From Candidatus Latescibacterota bacterium (GTDB lineage Bacteria > Latescibacterota > UBA2968): 64,000 nt of DNA. This document shows, piece by piece, positions 1 through 10,033 of the stretch (its first letter is position 1; each line of letters opens with the position of its first letter). The position numbers were made by a program, and so were the translations under genes. The stretch is from assembly GCA_965222605.1 (NCBI GenBank), contig OZ244960.1:2528001-2592000 (forward strand). The letters are read 5' to 3'. The notes under the pieces were generated by a model. That model had not been told where the DNA came from and made no database searches. It saw only the letters and a list, made by a program, of their open reading frames with translations.

Positions 1-351
1 ATCCACAGGATCGGCCCACGTCTCCCCATCATCTGCACTATGCGTCATGAACACATCGTCATTCTCTCGACAAAACGGCAACCAGATCACACCCGTATCA
101 CCATCCACCACAGGACACGGATTGCCAATCGTCACCTCTCCAGGCTCGCCGTAAATCAACAACTGTTCAGACCACGTCTCCCCACCGTCCTCCGACCGCT
201 TCACCAGCAAATCGAGATCCCCATGATCCCCGCGCCCCGTGCGCCTCCCCTCGCAAAACGCCAGCAAAGTCCCCGCCTTTGTCACCAGCAATGCGGGAAT
301 GCGATACGTGTGATACCCATCTTCTCCACTGGTAAATACATGTGTTTTCAT
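1..351 (-). CDS. Exo-alpha-sialidase (GH33), N-terminal part, runs off the window edge
   Basis: Manual translation MKTHVFTSGEDGYHTYRIPALL...LAFCEGR...KRSEDGGETWS shows the YRIP motif and an Asp-box; not in the ORF track. Confidence 0.88.
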   Translation of the reverse strand, partial: MKTHVFTSGEDGYHTYRIPALLVTKAGTLLAFCEGRRTGRGDHGDLDLLVKRSEDGGETWSEQLLIYGEPGEVTIGNPCPVVDGDTGVIWLPFCRENDDVFMTHSADDGETWADPVD

Positions 352-450
352 TTTTTCTCCTTATTCTCTCTTGAAAGCGATGGCAAAAGAGGATATATTT
401 ATGAAAATTGGATGCCTATTTGACACCATCAGCCAGATTGGAAATAAAAA

Positions 451-738
451 ATGCTAACCGTCAAAGATGCTGTGCAGAAAGCCTTTCTATTTGTTCAAGA
501 TATTTATGGTCCCGAAATTTATCAGCTTGAATTAGAAGAAACCGAGCTTTCAGAGGATGAAAAATATTGGTTAATCACCGTAAGTTTTGATATACCATTT
601 GAAGCAGTACCCGCCAGCCAGTTAATACTCGGTTCAAAAGAACCGAAGACCAAGTTTAAAACAATGAAAATTGATATAGAAACTGAAAAAGTCATATCTA
701 TGAAAATCAGGGAGGTATATGAACCAGCAAATCAATGA
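451..738 (+). CDS. Small hypothetical protein, probable partner of the downstream PIN protein
   Basis: 95 aa AT-rich ORF that overlaps the start of the PIN gene. Confidence 0.7.
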   Translation: MLTVKDAVQKAFLFVQDIYGPEIYQLELEETELSEDEKYWLITVSFDIPFEAVPASQLILGSKEPKTKFKTMKIDIETEKVISMKIREVYEPANQ

Positions 739-1219
739 AATTTTTGATCGTTATAAGCAATCTGGCATTCTTATTGATACAAATATTCTTCTCCTTTACT
801 TCGTTGGCTCTTATGATATTCAACAGATATCCAGGTTTAAACGGACAAAACAATTTGTAATAGAAGATTACAAGCTATTAACGCGCATCTGGAATTTTTT
901 CAAAAAAATTGTTACAACACCTCATATCCTCACTGAAGTCAGCAATTGGGGTAACCAACTTGCTCAATATCACAAACCGGGCTTCTACGAACAATTTGCT
1001 TCAAAAATAAAACTCCTCGAAGAACACCATCAACCTGCTCAAGCCCTATCACAAATTGAATATTTTTCCAGATTTGGACTAACAGATACGGGAATTATAC
1101 AATTAGTTCAAGGACAATATCTCGTACTTACTGATGATTTTCGCTTGTCCCAATACCTGTCAAAAATCCAGGTAGATGCGATTAATTTTAATCACATACG
1201 TATGTATAATTGGTCTTGA
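719..1219 (+). CDS. PIN domain protein (VapC-like)
   Basis: LIDTNILL, ILTEVS, GLTD and LTDD acidic PIN motifs; GGAGG RBS. Confidence 0.85.
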   Translation: MNQQINEIFDRYKQSGILIDTNILLLYFVGSYDIQQISRFKRTKQFVIEDYKLLTRIWNFFKKIVTTPHILTEVSNWGNQLAQYHKPGFYEQFASKIKLLEEHHQPAQALSQIEYFSRFGLTDTGIIQLVQGQYLVLTDDFRLSQYLSKIQVDAINFNHIRMYNWS

Positions 1220-1233
1220 ATTACGTCCTGACA

Positions 1234-2109
1234 CTATGACTCCTCCAAAGGGACCAGACGCAGTGCATTCTCGCAATAAATCTTCCGCCTGACATCCCGA
1301 GGCAAATCCAACCCATCCAGATGCACCTGCAACGCATTCCCCGGAGCATCGCGCCCAAACAGCAAACGATCTTGATACTCAATCAAAAAATCCCGCCCCC
1401 CATCCGCCATCCGCTGCAACGCATTCAAACCAGAACCCGCCGACAAATCTGCCCACAGATTCGAAAATTGTGCAAACATATCGAACAAGCGCCCCCCCGG
1501 CACAATCTCTCCCGAAGGATATGTCTCCGGATCCTTGGCCTCATCCCCACTCACATGCCGCCAGAAACCAGGCGCGTGACCGACAAACGTCGTATCCGGA
1601 CACGCCTGTAATGCCTGTACCAGCGCGCCAATCTCCCCGCCATACCAGGCCTCCTGATACAACCCATTCAAAAACGGCGTATCAATATGCAAAACCACTG
1701 GCGCACCCAACTCACCCGCCTTGCGAAACAACAGAATCGCACGGGGATCATTCAACAACATCCGATAGCTCCACTCCCCGCACACCCGAACACCATGCGA
1801 ATAATACGCCGCCTCAAAAAGCCCTGCGGCATCGCCCTCTGAAGGACAAGGACAATATCCCGCCACAAAACGATCGGGATATTTCTCACACGCCCGCGAA
1901 AGATCATTCAACGTCGTTCCCGCGTGCGTGCCATCGGGCCGTGCATTGACCGGATTAAACACGCGATGGCTACTCGCGATATGCTCATCCGGCGGCAAAT
2001 ACCACGTGAGCAACCACGCCACATCATAGCCGAACTGATCCATCTCATTCAGCACGCCCTCGGCATTGAGACCGTGATAATAAATGTGATTGTGCGCATC
2101 AATAATCAT
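1234..2109 (-). CDS. Amidohydrolase family protein (Amidohydro_2)
   Basis: MIIDAHNH (HxH), VVLH, VGH, ADLSAGSG and LLFGRD motifs; start moved to the ATG at 2109. Confidence 0.85.
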   Translation of the reverse strand: MIIDAHNHIYYHGLNAEGVLNEMDQFGYDVAWLLTWYLPPDEHIASSHRVFNPVNARPDGTHAGTTLNDLSRACEKYPDRFVAGYCPCPSEGDAAGLFEAAYYSHGVRVCGEWSYRMLLNDPRAILLFRKAGELGAPVVLHIDTPFLNGLYQEAWYGGEIGALVQALQACPDTTFVGHAPGFWRHVSGDEAKDPETYPSGEIVPGGRLFDMFAQFSNLWADLSAGSGLNALQRMADGGRDFLIEYQDRLLFGRDAPGNALQVHLDGLDLPRDVRRKIYCENALRLVPLEES

Positions 2110-2140
2110 AGTTAAAACCCCCAGCTTTTGCGATTTTTCC

Positions 2141-2169
2141 TTGACGAAGATACAATAAAAAAATAAAAT
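2141..2169 (+). promoter_or_regulatory. Putative sigma70 promoter for pyrD
   Basis: TTGACG-17 nt-TAAAAT. Confidence 0.5.
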
Positions 2170-2223
2170 TAACCCCGCGCTATTGACGCGGCCACAACGC
2201 GAAAGGAAATAACCCCAGATCAA

Positions 2224-3168
2224 ATGTCCAATACCATCAAAAAATTAGATCTCTCGACCAAAGTCGCCAAAAGGCTCACACTCAAGAACCCCGTCCTCAT
2301 GGCCTCGGGCACTTTTGGACACGGCGCCGAATACGCATCGCTCTTTGACCTGAGCAAAATCGGCGGCATCGTCACAAAAACCATCACCTATCACCCCCGA
2401 GCGGGCAACCCACCGCCGCGCACTGCCGAAACCCCATCCGGCATGCTCAACGCCATTGGACTGACCAACCCGGGCATCGACGCATTCATCGCCGAAAAAA
2501 TCCCCCCCCTATCTTCTCTCAACACGGGACGCATCGTCAGCATAGCAGGGACATCGGACCAGGAATTTGCCGACATGGCCGCCCGGTTCAACGACCTCGA
2601 AGGCGTAGATGCACTCGAACTCAACATCTCATCGCCCAACATGAAAGACGGAGGCATGCTCTTTGGCTGTTCCGAGCGCGCCGCCCACAATGTAACGCGA
2701 GCCGTCAAAGCCGTATCGCAATTACCCATCATTGTCAAACTCACCCCAAATGTAACCGACATTGCCGCCATAGCCGGCGCAGTCGAAGAAGGCGGAGCGG
2801 ACGGCATCGCCCTCATCAATACCCTGCTGGGCATGGCCATTGACATTGACACGCGACGCCCTATCCTGGGAAATATCACAGGCGGCTTATCTGGTCCCGC
2901 AATCAAACCCGTCGCCCTCGCCCTGCTCTGGAAAGTCGTCAATCGGGTCTCTGTCCCGGTCATCGGCATGGGCGGCATAGCCACAGCACGCGACGCCATC
3001 GAATTTCTCATCGTTGGCGCCTCCGCCATTCAAGTCGGAACGACAACCTTTGTTCGCCCTCTTGCAGCCCTGGAGATACTCAATGGCATTGCCAACTATT
3101 GCAAGGCAAACGAAATTGACCGCATATCCGACCTGGTCGGCAGCATGCAATTACCTGCTGCGCAATAA
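2224..3168 (+). CDS. pyrD: Dihydroorotate dehydrogenase, class 1-type catalytic subunit
   Basis: NPVLMASGTFG, MLNAIGL, VKLTPN, GGLSGPAIKP and IGMGGI motifs. Confidence 0.93.
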   Translation: MSNTIKKLDLSTKVAKRLTLKNPVLMASGTFGHGAEYASLFDLSKIGGIVTKTITYHPRAGNPPPRTAETPSGMLNAIGLTNPGIDAFIAEKIPPLSSLNTGRIVSIAGTSDQEFADMAARFNDLEGVDALELNISSPNMKDGGMLFGCSERAAHNVTRAVKAVSQLPIIVKLTPNVTDIAAIAGAVEEGGADGIALINTLLGMAIDIDTRRPILGNITGGLSGPAIKPVALALLWKVVNRVSVPVIGMGGIATARDAIEFLIVGASAIQVGTTTFVRPLAALEILNGIANYCKANEIDRISDLVGSMQLPAAQ

Positions 3169-3619
3169 AATTTCTCATCTACTCTGTATCCTCCTCTGTG
3201 TCTCTATCATGGGATGTGCATCGCATCCCCGCTATCGCGGCAAACCCATCACAGACAAACCAAAAACTTCCAAACCCTCCAAACCCTCCAGGACCGTATC
3301 CCCGTCTCCAAAATACCGATCATCTCAAATTGGCTACACGTCCTACTACGCGCACAAATTTCACGGACGACCAACAGCCAGCGGTGAAATCTACGACATG
3401 AACGGCCTATCCGCTGCACACCGCGAATTGCCCCTCGGCACGATAATTCGCGTCACGCATCTAAGCAATGGCAAATCCGTCGTCGTCAAAGTAAATGACC
3501 GCGGGCCTTTTGTCAGCGGACGCATCCTCGACCTCTCCCTCGGCGCGGCCAAAAAGCTCGACATGGTCAAAGAAGGCGTTGCCAGAGTCAAAATCGAAAT
3601 TGTCAAATCCGTCAATTAG
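3158..3619 (+). CDS. rlpA: Septal ring lytic transglycosylase RlpA family lipoprotein (start uncertain)
   Basis: Lipobox-like IMGC; SYY..KFHGRPTASGE, AAHRELPLG, VNDRGPF and RILDLS. Confidence 0.88.
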   Translation: MRNKISHLLCILLCVSIMGCASHPRYRGKPITDKPKTSKPSKPSRTVSPSPKYRSSQIGYTSYYAHKFHGRPTASGEIYDMNGLSAAHRELPLGTIIRVTHLSNGKSVVVKVNDRGPFVSGRILDLSLGAAKKLDMVKEGVARVKIEIVKSVN

Positions 3620-3643
3620 TTCCTTTTTCTATCGTAGGATAAT

Positions 3644-4024
3644 TTGATGAAATGGAAAGAATGGCAAACTGCAGCAGACGATGAAACTCTGTGGATAGAT
3701 AATAAAGAAAAAGGGCTACTCAAAGCCGAATATCTGACCGGTTACGTCTTGCGCCTCTGGTTTGAAGAAGACCTCGATATTTCCATTTATGATCTGGATT
3801 TTTATCCGCTCTTTGTTGAAGAGAATCCAGGAGGCGTTTTTGAGTTGCTACGCAATAAGGAGCGATTTCATCAGGCGATTGGCGACTATGCCTTGATCTG
3901 GCCCAATCCCGAAACCGGTGAATATGACGAACAAGCCATTGATCTTGCTCCCGAATGTGTACGTTTTTTTTGTGAACGTTTTGGCAAAATTGTAAAAGGC
4001 CTCCAGGAGGAACAGGTCGCCTGA
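3644..4024 (+). CDS. DUF2442-like protein (antitoxin-associated family)
   Basis: YVLRLWFE..., GVFELL, LIWP...IDLAPE pattern. Confidence 0.65.
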   Translation: MMKWKEWQTAADDETLWIDNKEKGLLKAEYLTGYVLRLWFEEDLDISIYDLDFYPLFVEENPGGVFELLRNKERFHQAIGDYALIWPNPETGEYDEQAIDLAPECVRFFCERFGKIVKGLQEEQVA

Positions 4025-4059
4025 TACGAAGCTCGATATTTTAACAAGTCCATTCCCTC

Positions 4060-5091
4060 CTATTCCCCTTCTCCTTCCCTATTCCAATATTCATACATAT
4101 CCGCAATAACATCATCAATCGGGGCGCGGTGGGTTTCCACATCGTGAATAGTCGTTTGCTCGGCCGCTTGATCGAGCAACGTAGGTATCGGCGTTTGTGC
4201 CGCGTCGAACGTGAAGTGATGGCGATTGCTCTCGCTCTCGATAAATTGAACGCCTGAAAGTTGCGGCGGAGACGTGTCGGCAGTTTCGATAATAAGATGC
4301 CGACGGTCGCCAAATTGACCGCGCAATTGCCCAAAGTCTCCGTCAAAAGCGATATGGCCCTTATCGATCATCACAATGCGCCCCGCGAGTTGCTCAAGCT
4401 CATCCATATCATGGCTCGTGATCATGACAGTAACGCCTTTTTCGCGGTTGAGATTCTTGATAAAATCGAGAATATTGCGTTTGGCAAGCACGTCAACCCC
4501 AATGGTAGGTTCATCGAGAAAGAGAATTTCGGGTTCGTGCATAAGCATAAGCGCGAGATCTGCGCGCATCTTTTGCCCAAGACTGAGTTGACGAGCGAGA
4601 CTATTAAAAAATTCGCCAATACCCAGCAGATCTTTAACAAAATCGAGCATAGCATTATACCGGTCGCGGGGAATATCCCAGACCACGCGCTTCCACTCAA
4701 AACTGGCTGCCACGGGCTGATCCCACCACAACTCTGTTCGCTGACCAAAAACCACGCCGATGCGCTCGACATAATGGACGCGATCCTTCATAGGATCCAT
4801 GCCCAAGCATTGAACAGTTCCAGAAGTAGGTGCAAGAACACTGGAAAGGAGCTTCACAGTAGTGGATTTTCCCGCGCCATTGGGTCCCGCATAGGCGACG
4901 ATCTCGCCGTGGCGAATATCGAGAGTAACCTTCTGCAACGCGCGAATTTCTCGGATATTGGGACGAAACAAATTCTTGAAAACATCCCGAACCTTCTCCG
5001 AACGCTGGCGCTGATAAAAAATTTTATCGACCTCGGTGAGCTTAACCGCGATGTCCAAATCCGAGGTAGCGCTGTGATCCGGTCTGTTCAT
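4060..5091 (-). CDS. ABC transporter ATP-binding protein
   Basis: GPNGAGKST, LSLGQ, FLDEPT and SHD motifs. Confidence 0.93.
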   Translation of the reverse strand: MNRPDHSATSDLDIAVKLTEVDKIFYQRQRSEKVRDVFKNLFRPNIREIRALQKVTLDIRHGEIVAYAGPNGAGKSTTVKLLSSVLAPTSGTVQCLGMDPMKDRVHYVERIGVVFGQRTELWWDQPVAASFEWKRVVWDIPRDRYNAMLDFVKDLLGIGEFFNSLARQLSLGQKMRADLALMLMHEPEILFLDEPTIGVDVLAKRNILDFIKNLNREKGVTVMITSHDMDELEQLAGRIVMIDKGHIAFDGDFGQLRGQFGDRRHLIIETADTSPPQLSGVQFIESESNRHHFTFDAAQTPIPTLLDQAAEQTTIHDVETHRAPIDDVIADMYEYWNREGEGE

Positions 5092-5875
5092 AGTGCTGCA
5101 TTCCTTTTTTAAATAAAATCCATGCAAAAAAACAAAAAACCATAGCGACGAGCGGCGTATGCCACAGACTCGACGGGGCAATACCCAGCAATTGGCGGCA
5201 GGGATACCACGCGACAAATCCAACGGGCAAGACAGTAAGCATACTGGCGAGCACATAGCTACTTAGCCCATCCAGTGGAAAAGATTTGAGCTGATACATA
5301 AAATTGACCGCACGACTGCTGATTTCTTCGGCGGCAACAGGTGCCCAAAATGCCAGACTCCCCCACATAAAAGAGAAGGCGAGCACAATAGCGCATGAGG
5401 ACAGGAGATTACAGGCAAACATAAGCCACCAGTACAGCGTAAACACCGTGTCGAGTTGAAAAAATGCCCAGGTCGCAATACCAATCCCGGTGAGCAAAGA
5501 CCACGAACCGGAAAAAGGCATAAAACCCTCGGTCAATAACCCCATCCACACAGGCTGGGGTTGTACGAGCGTATGATCCATCTGACCGCGCCCAATGCGA
5601 CGGCTGATATGGAGGACATTATAGCTAAACCCCATATCTAAAAGACCGCGAACAAGCGCGGCATAACCCAGCATAAAAATAATTTGATCGCGCGACCACA
5701 GACCAATACCCTGAAACCGTTCGGCCAGCAGAAAAACCGCTGTAACACCCGCGAGATTGAGAATGATATCCGAAACAATATTAATGAGAAAGAAGCGAAA
5801 ATCCCGCGTCATCCACATAAAATCCAGATAAGCCTGCACGCGCCAGCGGGCGATAAGTTTTATCAAGGTCTTCAC
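5042..5875 (-). CDS. ABC-2 family permease (DUF990-like)
   Basis: Multiple TM segments; G.MD..LVQP motif; adjacent to the ATPase. Confidence 0.85.
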   Translation of the reverse strand: MKTLIKLIARWRVQAYLDFMWMTRDFRFFLINIVSDIILNLAGVTAVFLLAERFQGIGLWSRDQIIFMLGYAALVRGLLDMGFSYNVLHISRRIGRGQMDHTLVQPQPVWMGLLTEGFMPFSGSWSLLTGIGIATWAFFQLDTVFTLYWWLMFACNLLSSCAIVLAFSFMWGSLAFWAPVAAEEISSRAVNFMYQLKSFPLDGLSSYVLASMLTVLPVGFVAWYPCRQLLGIAPSSLWHTPLVAMVFCFFAWILFKKGMQHYEQTGSQRYLGFGHRG

Positions 5876-5878
5876 GAA

Positions 5879-6676
5879 TTATCCCCCATGCGAAACCAGG
5901 CGTTCGCGATTGGCATTCCAGAGCAAGTGTGCGACGGGCCAGAGAACAACAGCCCAAAAAGCTTGAAGACCAATAAGAAAAAGGGGATCACCCGTACCGG
6001 TATAAATGCGTAAAGGCGCAGAAGCCAGCGATGCAAAAGGCAAATAAACGAGCACATCTCCAATACCCCAGGGCATCAGCGCGAGCGGAATAATCGCGCC
6101 CGACAACAAAACACTGACCGCATCTCGAATCTGCGTCAAAGCATAGACATGTTGTTCCAGCACAACCATAAGACTCGCAAAAATGAAATCAAACGCCGCG
6201 CCGATGGCAATACCCAGAATCAAACTACAAAAAAATAAAACGCCCGCAAGCGCACTTTCCGGCAATGGATTAACCCCCAGAAGTGGCGCCAGACAAAAAA
6301 GCGGCAAAGAGAACAAAATCAGATTGGGCAAACCCGAACCAAACATCTCCGCAATAAACTGACCGTAAATACCCACCGGACGCAAAAAGCGATTGGCTAT
6401 ATCCCCGCGCCAGAGTGCCCCATCCAGACCTGTACGCACAGAAATCTGCCCGGCAAAAACCTCGGCAATCAGGGTATAGGTAAGCACCGCATTGCGCGTC
6501 ATCCCAGAGACCTCCCCGGACTCCGGCAACAACATGCGCCAGAGAGAAAGCAGAAACACAACGCGCAACAGGCGCAACCCAGAGCCACCAACAATAACCC
6601 ACCCCTTGTCATCCAGGGATCGGGTGGCAACCATGACAATCGTCTTGAGATGTTTATGGGCTGTAACAAACATCAT
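5879..6676 (-). CDS. ABC-2 family permease (DUF990-like)
   Basis: Multiple TM segments; GDIA.RFLRP and LSGAIIPL; overlaps the hemY stop. Confidence 0.85.
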   Translation of the reverse strand: MMFVTAHKHLKTIVMVATRSLDDKGWVIVGGSGLRLLRVVFLLSLWRMLLPESGEVSGMTRNAVLTYTLIAEVFAGQISVRTGLDGALWRGDIANRFLRPVGIYGQFIAEMFGSGLPNLILFSLPLFCLAPLLGVNPLPESALAGVLFFCSLILGIAIGAAFDFIFASLMVVLEQHVYALTQIRDAVSVLLSGAIIPLALMPWGIGDVLVYLPFASLASAPLRIYTGTGDPLFLIGLQAFWAVVLWPVAHLLWNANRERLVSHGG

Positions 6677-8049
6677 CACTCCCCAAAAATCCGATCCACC
6701 GTATCCACCGCCTGCACAATACAATCGGGAATCGCCGATCCGCGATATGCACTCCCCGTCAAATACAACCCGCCCACCTGCCCGGCGAGATGCTCCATTT
6801 CAGCCACGCGATCCAAATGCCCCACATCGAATTGAGGGCGTCCTCTTTTCCAGCGAAAAATGCGCGCAAACACAGGATCCGCCGTCAACCCCATCAAATC
6901 CTCCAATTCTTCTCGCGACTGTGCAACCAGCACCTCATCATCCAGATCCACCAGATCTTCACGCCCTGTTCCCCCCACAAATGTACGCACCAAAACACCA
7001 TCGTCTGGCGCGCGAAAATTCAGCTTTGTCGAAACCCATGTACACGCCGTAATCCTACGCCCCTCATGCTTTGGCGACAAAAATCCAAATCCCTCAAAAT
7101 CGTGCTGTTCTTCAACATCTCTCTTCCGATACGCCAGTGAAACCGTCGCCGTTGAAACATAGCGAATACCGCGCAACATAAGACTCAAATCCGACGCGAA
7201 ATCAGCCACCAGATCAGCGGACACATAAGCGGGCGTCGCCATCACCACGGCATCCGTCTCAATCACCTCATCGCCTGCGACCACCTCAAATCCACCATCC
7301 GCTTTTCGCACAGACCCAACCGCAACCCCCCGGCGCAAATCCCCATCCAACCGCGCGACCAAAGTATCGACCATCTCCCCCAGCCCGCCGATCAGAGTTT
7401 GAAACATCGCAGGGGATTTCGCGTGCGTCTTCTTCATCGCCCGCACCCCCTTAATCAAACTGCCATAGCGCTGCTCCATCGCCACATACATCGGAAACGC
7501 GCTTTGCATGCTCAAACGCTCTGCATCTGCACTGTGGATACCCGCCAGCATCGCCCCGCCAATTTTTACAGCCTCCACGCCCAATCGCCGCCCAATAAAA
7601 CTCGCCAAACTCTCATCGCCCTCGTCTCTGCTCCGCGGAATAAACACCTCCAGCCCCATCCTCACCTTTCCACAAAACGAATACAGCGGCGAAGTCACAA
7701 GGGGCCAGAACTTTGAAGGCACCAGCGAAAAATCCTCTGGAAAAGCCACGAGTTCCCCATTCCGCACCAAAAATGTACGCTGCCGATCATTATTCGTCGG
7801 GATCAACCGATCCGCCAATCCCAGATCCTTACACAACTGAACACCCGCGGGTTTTTGCGTCAGCAACAAATCCGGCCCGCCCTCAATCAAAAATCCATCC
7901 ACGGATTCCGTCGCGATCTTCCCGCCCCACCGGTCACTGCTTTCCAGCAAAGCATACTGGATCTCACGACCCTGTTCTCTCGCTTTTTTTTCCAAATAAA
8001 AAGCGGTCGCAAGACCCGCTATGCCACCGCCAATAATAGTTATATGCAT
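6676..8049 (-). CDS. hemY: Proto/coproporphyrinogen oxidase (HemY/CgoX)
   Basis: IIGGGIAGL FAD motif, IEGGPD, PQFDVGH and IPDCI. Confidence 0.92.
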   Translation of the reverse strand: MHITIIGGGIAGLATAFYLEKKAREQGREIQYALLESSDRWGGKIATESVDGFLIEGGPDLLLTQKPAGVQLCKDLGLADRLIPTNNDRQRTFLVRNGELVAFPEDFSLVPSKFWPLVTSPLYSFCGKVRMGLEVFIPRSRDEGDESLASFIGRRLGVEAVKIGGAMLAGIHSADAERLSMQSAFPMYVAMEQRYGSLIKGVRAMKKTHAKSPAMFQTLIGGLGEMVDTLVARLDGDLRRGVAVGSVRKADGGFEVVAGDEVIETDAVVMATPAYVSADLVADFASDLSLMLRGIRYVSTATVSLAYRKRDVEEQHDFEGFGFLSPKHEGRRITACTWVSTKLNFRAPDDGVLVRTFVGGTGREDLVDLDDEVLVAQSREELEDLMGLTADPVFARIFRWKRGRPQFDVGHLDRVAEMEHLAGQVGGLYLTGSAYRGSAIPDCIVQAVDTVDRIFGE

Positions 8050-8070
8050 ATCGCTATCAGCCCCCGCCTC

Positions 8071-9003
8071 TCAAATCACCTCTTCCACCGCATCCGCAAT
8101 CGCTTCGATAAACACGGGATCGCTATTCATCATCTCGGTGCGTTCGAGGCGAATCCCGCGTTGTTGCGCAATCTCCTGGCAACCAATATCAATATCGTAA
8201 AGCACCTCCACGTGATCGCACACAAAACCAATTGGCGCGACCAGAACATCGCGATAATTGCCAGAGGCCAGTGCGGGAATCACATCTTCAATCTGCGGCC
8301 CCAACCAGGGTTCGCCCGTATTTGCGGCACTCTGATATGAAAACATCCAATCCACCGGTCCCAATTGATCCACAATCGCCTGTGCATTGCACATTAATTC
8401 ATCGTCATAAGGATCGCCCATTTTCAGCAACCGGGCCGGCAAGCTATGCGCCGAAAAAACCACCTTTGCCTTCTGCCTCGCATCCTCCGGAAATTTTTCC
8501 AATCCCGCCTTCACCTTTGCCGTCTGTGCATTGATCAACCGGGGCTGATCGCACCACGAATTGACATAGACAAATTCAATAGCACTCCCCACTTCTTTTT
8601 GGGCATCCTCGACCTTCTGTTGATAGAGCCCAATACTCATCCGCGAATAATGCGGCGCCATCACAATACCCACGGCCTTTTCAACACCATCCTCCTGCAT
8701 CTTTGCCACCGCCTCTACAATCCGCGGTTTCCAGTGACGCATCCCCGCATATGTCTTCACATTCCGCCCGCGCTTTTTCAACACCGCCTCAACATGCCCC
8801 GCCTGCTCAAACGTGCGTTCATTCAGTGGCGACTTGCCACCGATCTGTGCGTAGCGATTGCGAAACTCCGCCACAAATTCTGGCGACATCGGCCTGCCAC
8901 CCCGAATATCACTCAAATAAGCCGCCATATCGTCCAGCGAATCGGGACTGCCATAAGCCATTAAAAGCACGCCTATTGTTTTCTCATCGCGTCGTATATT
9001 CAT
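8071..9003 (-). CDS. hemH: Ferrochelatase
   Basis: MAYGSP, GGKSPL, FSAHSLP and GFVCDHVEVLYDID. Confidence 0.95.
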   Translation of the reverse strand: MNIRRDEKTIGVLLMAYGSPDSLDDMAAYLSDIRGGRPMSPEFVAEFRNRYAQIGGKSPLNERTFEQAGHVEAVLKKRGRNVKTYAGMRHWKPRIVEAVAKMQEDGVEKAVGIVMAPHYSRMSIGLYQQKVEDAQKEVGSAIEFVYVNSWCDQPRLINAQTAKVKAGLEKFPEDARQKAKVVFSAHSLPARLLKMGDPYDDELMCNAQAIVDQLGPVDWMFSYQSAANTGEPWLGPQIEDVIPALASGNYRDVLVAPIGFVCDHVEVLYDIDIGCQEIAQQRGIRLERTEMMNSDPVFIEAIADAVEEVI

Positions 9004-10033
9004 GCACAAAATCAACCAATTTCCGCACATTCTCCACAGGTGTGCGCTGTAAAATCCCATGCCCCAAATTAAAAATATGCCCCGACTTACCCTTCACCGA
9101 ATCCAATACGCGCCCTGTCTGCCGCTCTATCTCCTCAAAAGGCGCGAACAACACAACGGGATCCAGATTGCCCTGCACACCCACATCATCGCCCAAACGA
9201 CGCCACGCCACATCCAGGTCAATGCGCCAATCAACGCCAATAACATCGCCTCCCGCTTCCTTCAACAACTCGAGAATACCCGCCGTGCCCGTGCCAAAAT
9301 GAATAAGCGGCACATCTACTTCTGCCTTCGCAATCGCAATCGCCTTCTGCGAATGCGGCAACACGTATTCGCGATAATCAGCCGGACTCAACGCCCCGAC
9401 CCAGCTATCAAACACCTGCAATACCCGAGCACCCGCCCGGACCTGCGCGATGAGATAATCGCCAATAGCTGTCGCCATCATATCCATCAAACGATGCCAT
9501 TGCTCTGTCTCGCCATACATCAACCCCTTGGCAACTTCGTAATTGCGCGACGAACCGCCTTCCACCGCATAACAAACCAGCGTAAAGGGCGCACCTGCAA
9601 AACCGATCAACGGAATGCGACCATTGAGTTCTGCTGCAGCCATCCGAATGGCGTCACCGGCATAAGGCATGGCCTCTTCGGCGGGTCTCAAGATCAAAGC
9701 ATCGATATCGGCCACTGTGCGAATCGGGTTGTGAATAACCGGACCCTCGCCTTTTACATAGTCCAGATCCAAACCCATCGATTCGAGAATCGGCAGCAAA
9801 TCCTGAAAAATAATCGCAGCATCCACATCATAAGCGTTCACAGGTTGCATCGTAATCGCCGTGGAGATCTCGGGCGTCTTCACCATATCGAGAAAACTGT
9901 AGCGATCGCGATACGTCCAATAAGCCTTCATATACCGCCCGGCCTGGCGCATAAACCAAACAGGCGTCGCATCCACACATTCACGACGACACGCTTTTAA
10001 AAAACGATCTGAACCGGGACCATCACCCATCAT
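8984..10033 (-). CDS. hemE: Uroporphyrinogen decarboxylase
   Basis: PVWFMRQAGRY, GFAGAPFT, QGNLDP and FNLGHG. Confidence 0.96.
   Translation of the reverse strand: MMGDGPGSDRFLKACRRECVDATPVWFMRQAGRYMKAYWTYRDRYSFLDMVKTPEISTAITMQPVNAYDVDAAIIFQDLLPILESMGLDLDYVKGEGPVIHNPIRTVADIDALILRPAEEAMPYAGDAIRMAAAELNGRIPLIGFAGAPFTLVCYAVEGGSSRNYEVAKGLMYGETEQWHRLMDMMATAIGDYLIAQVRAGARVLQVFDSWVGALSPADYREYVLPHSQKAIAIAKAEVDVPLIHFGTGTAGILELLKEAGGDVIGVDWRIDLDVAWRRLGDDVGVQGNLDPVVLFAPFEEIERQTGRVLDSVKGKSGHIFNLGHGILQRTPVENVRKLVDFVHEYTTR

Noticed and set aside
40-423. 127 aa plus-strand ORF
   Set aside because: Antisense to the sialidase gene, which has clear motifs
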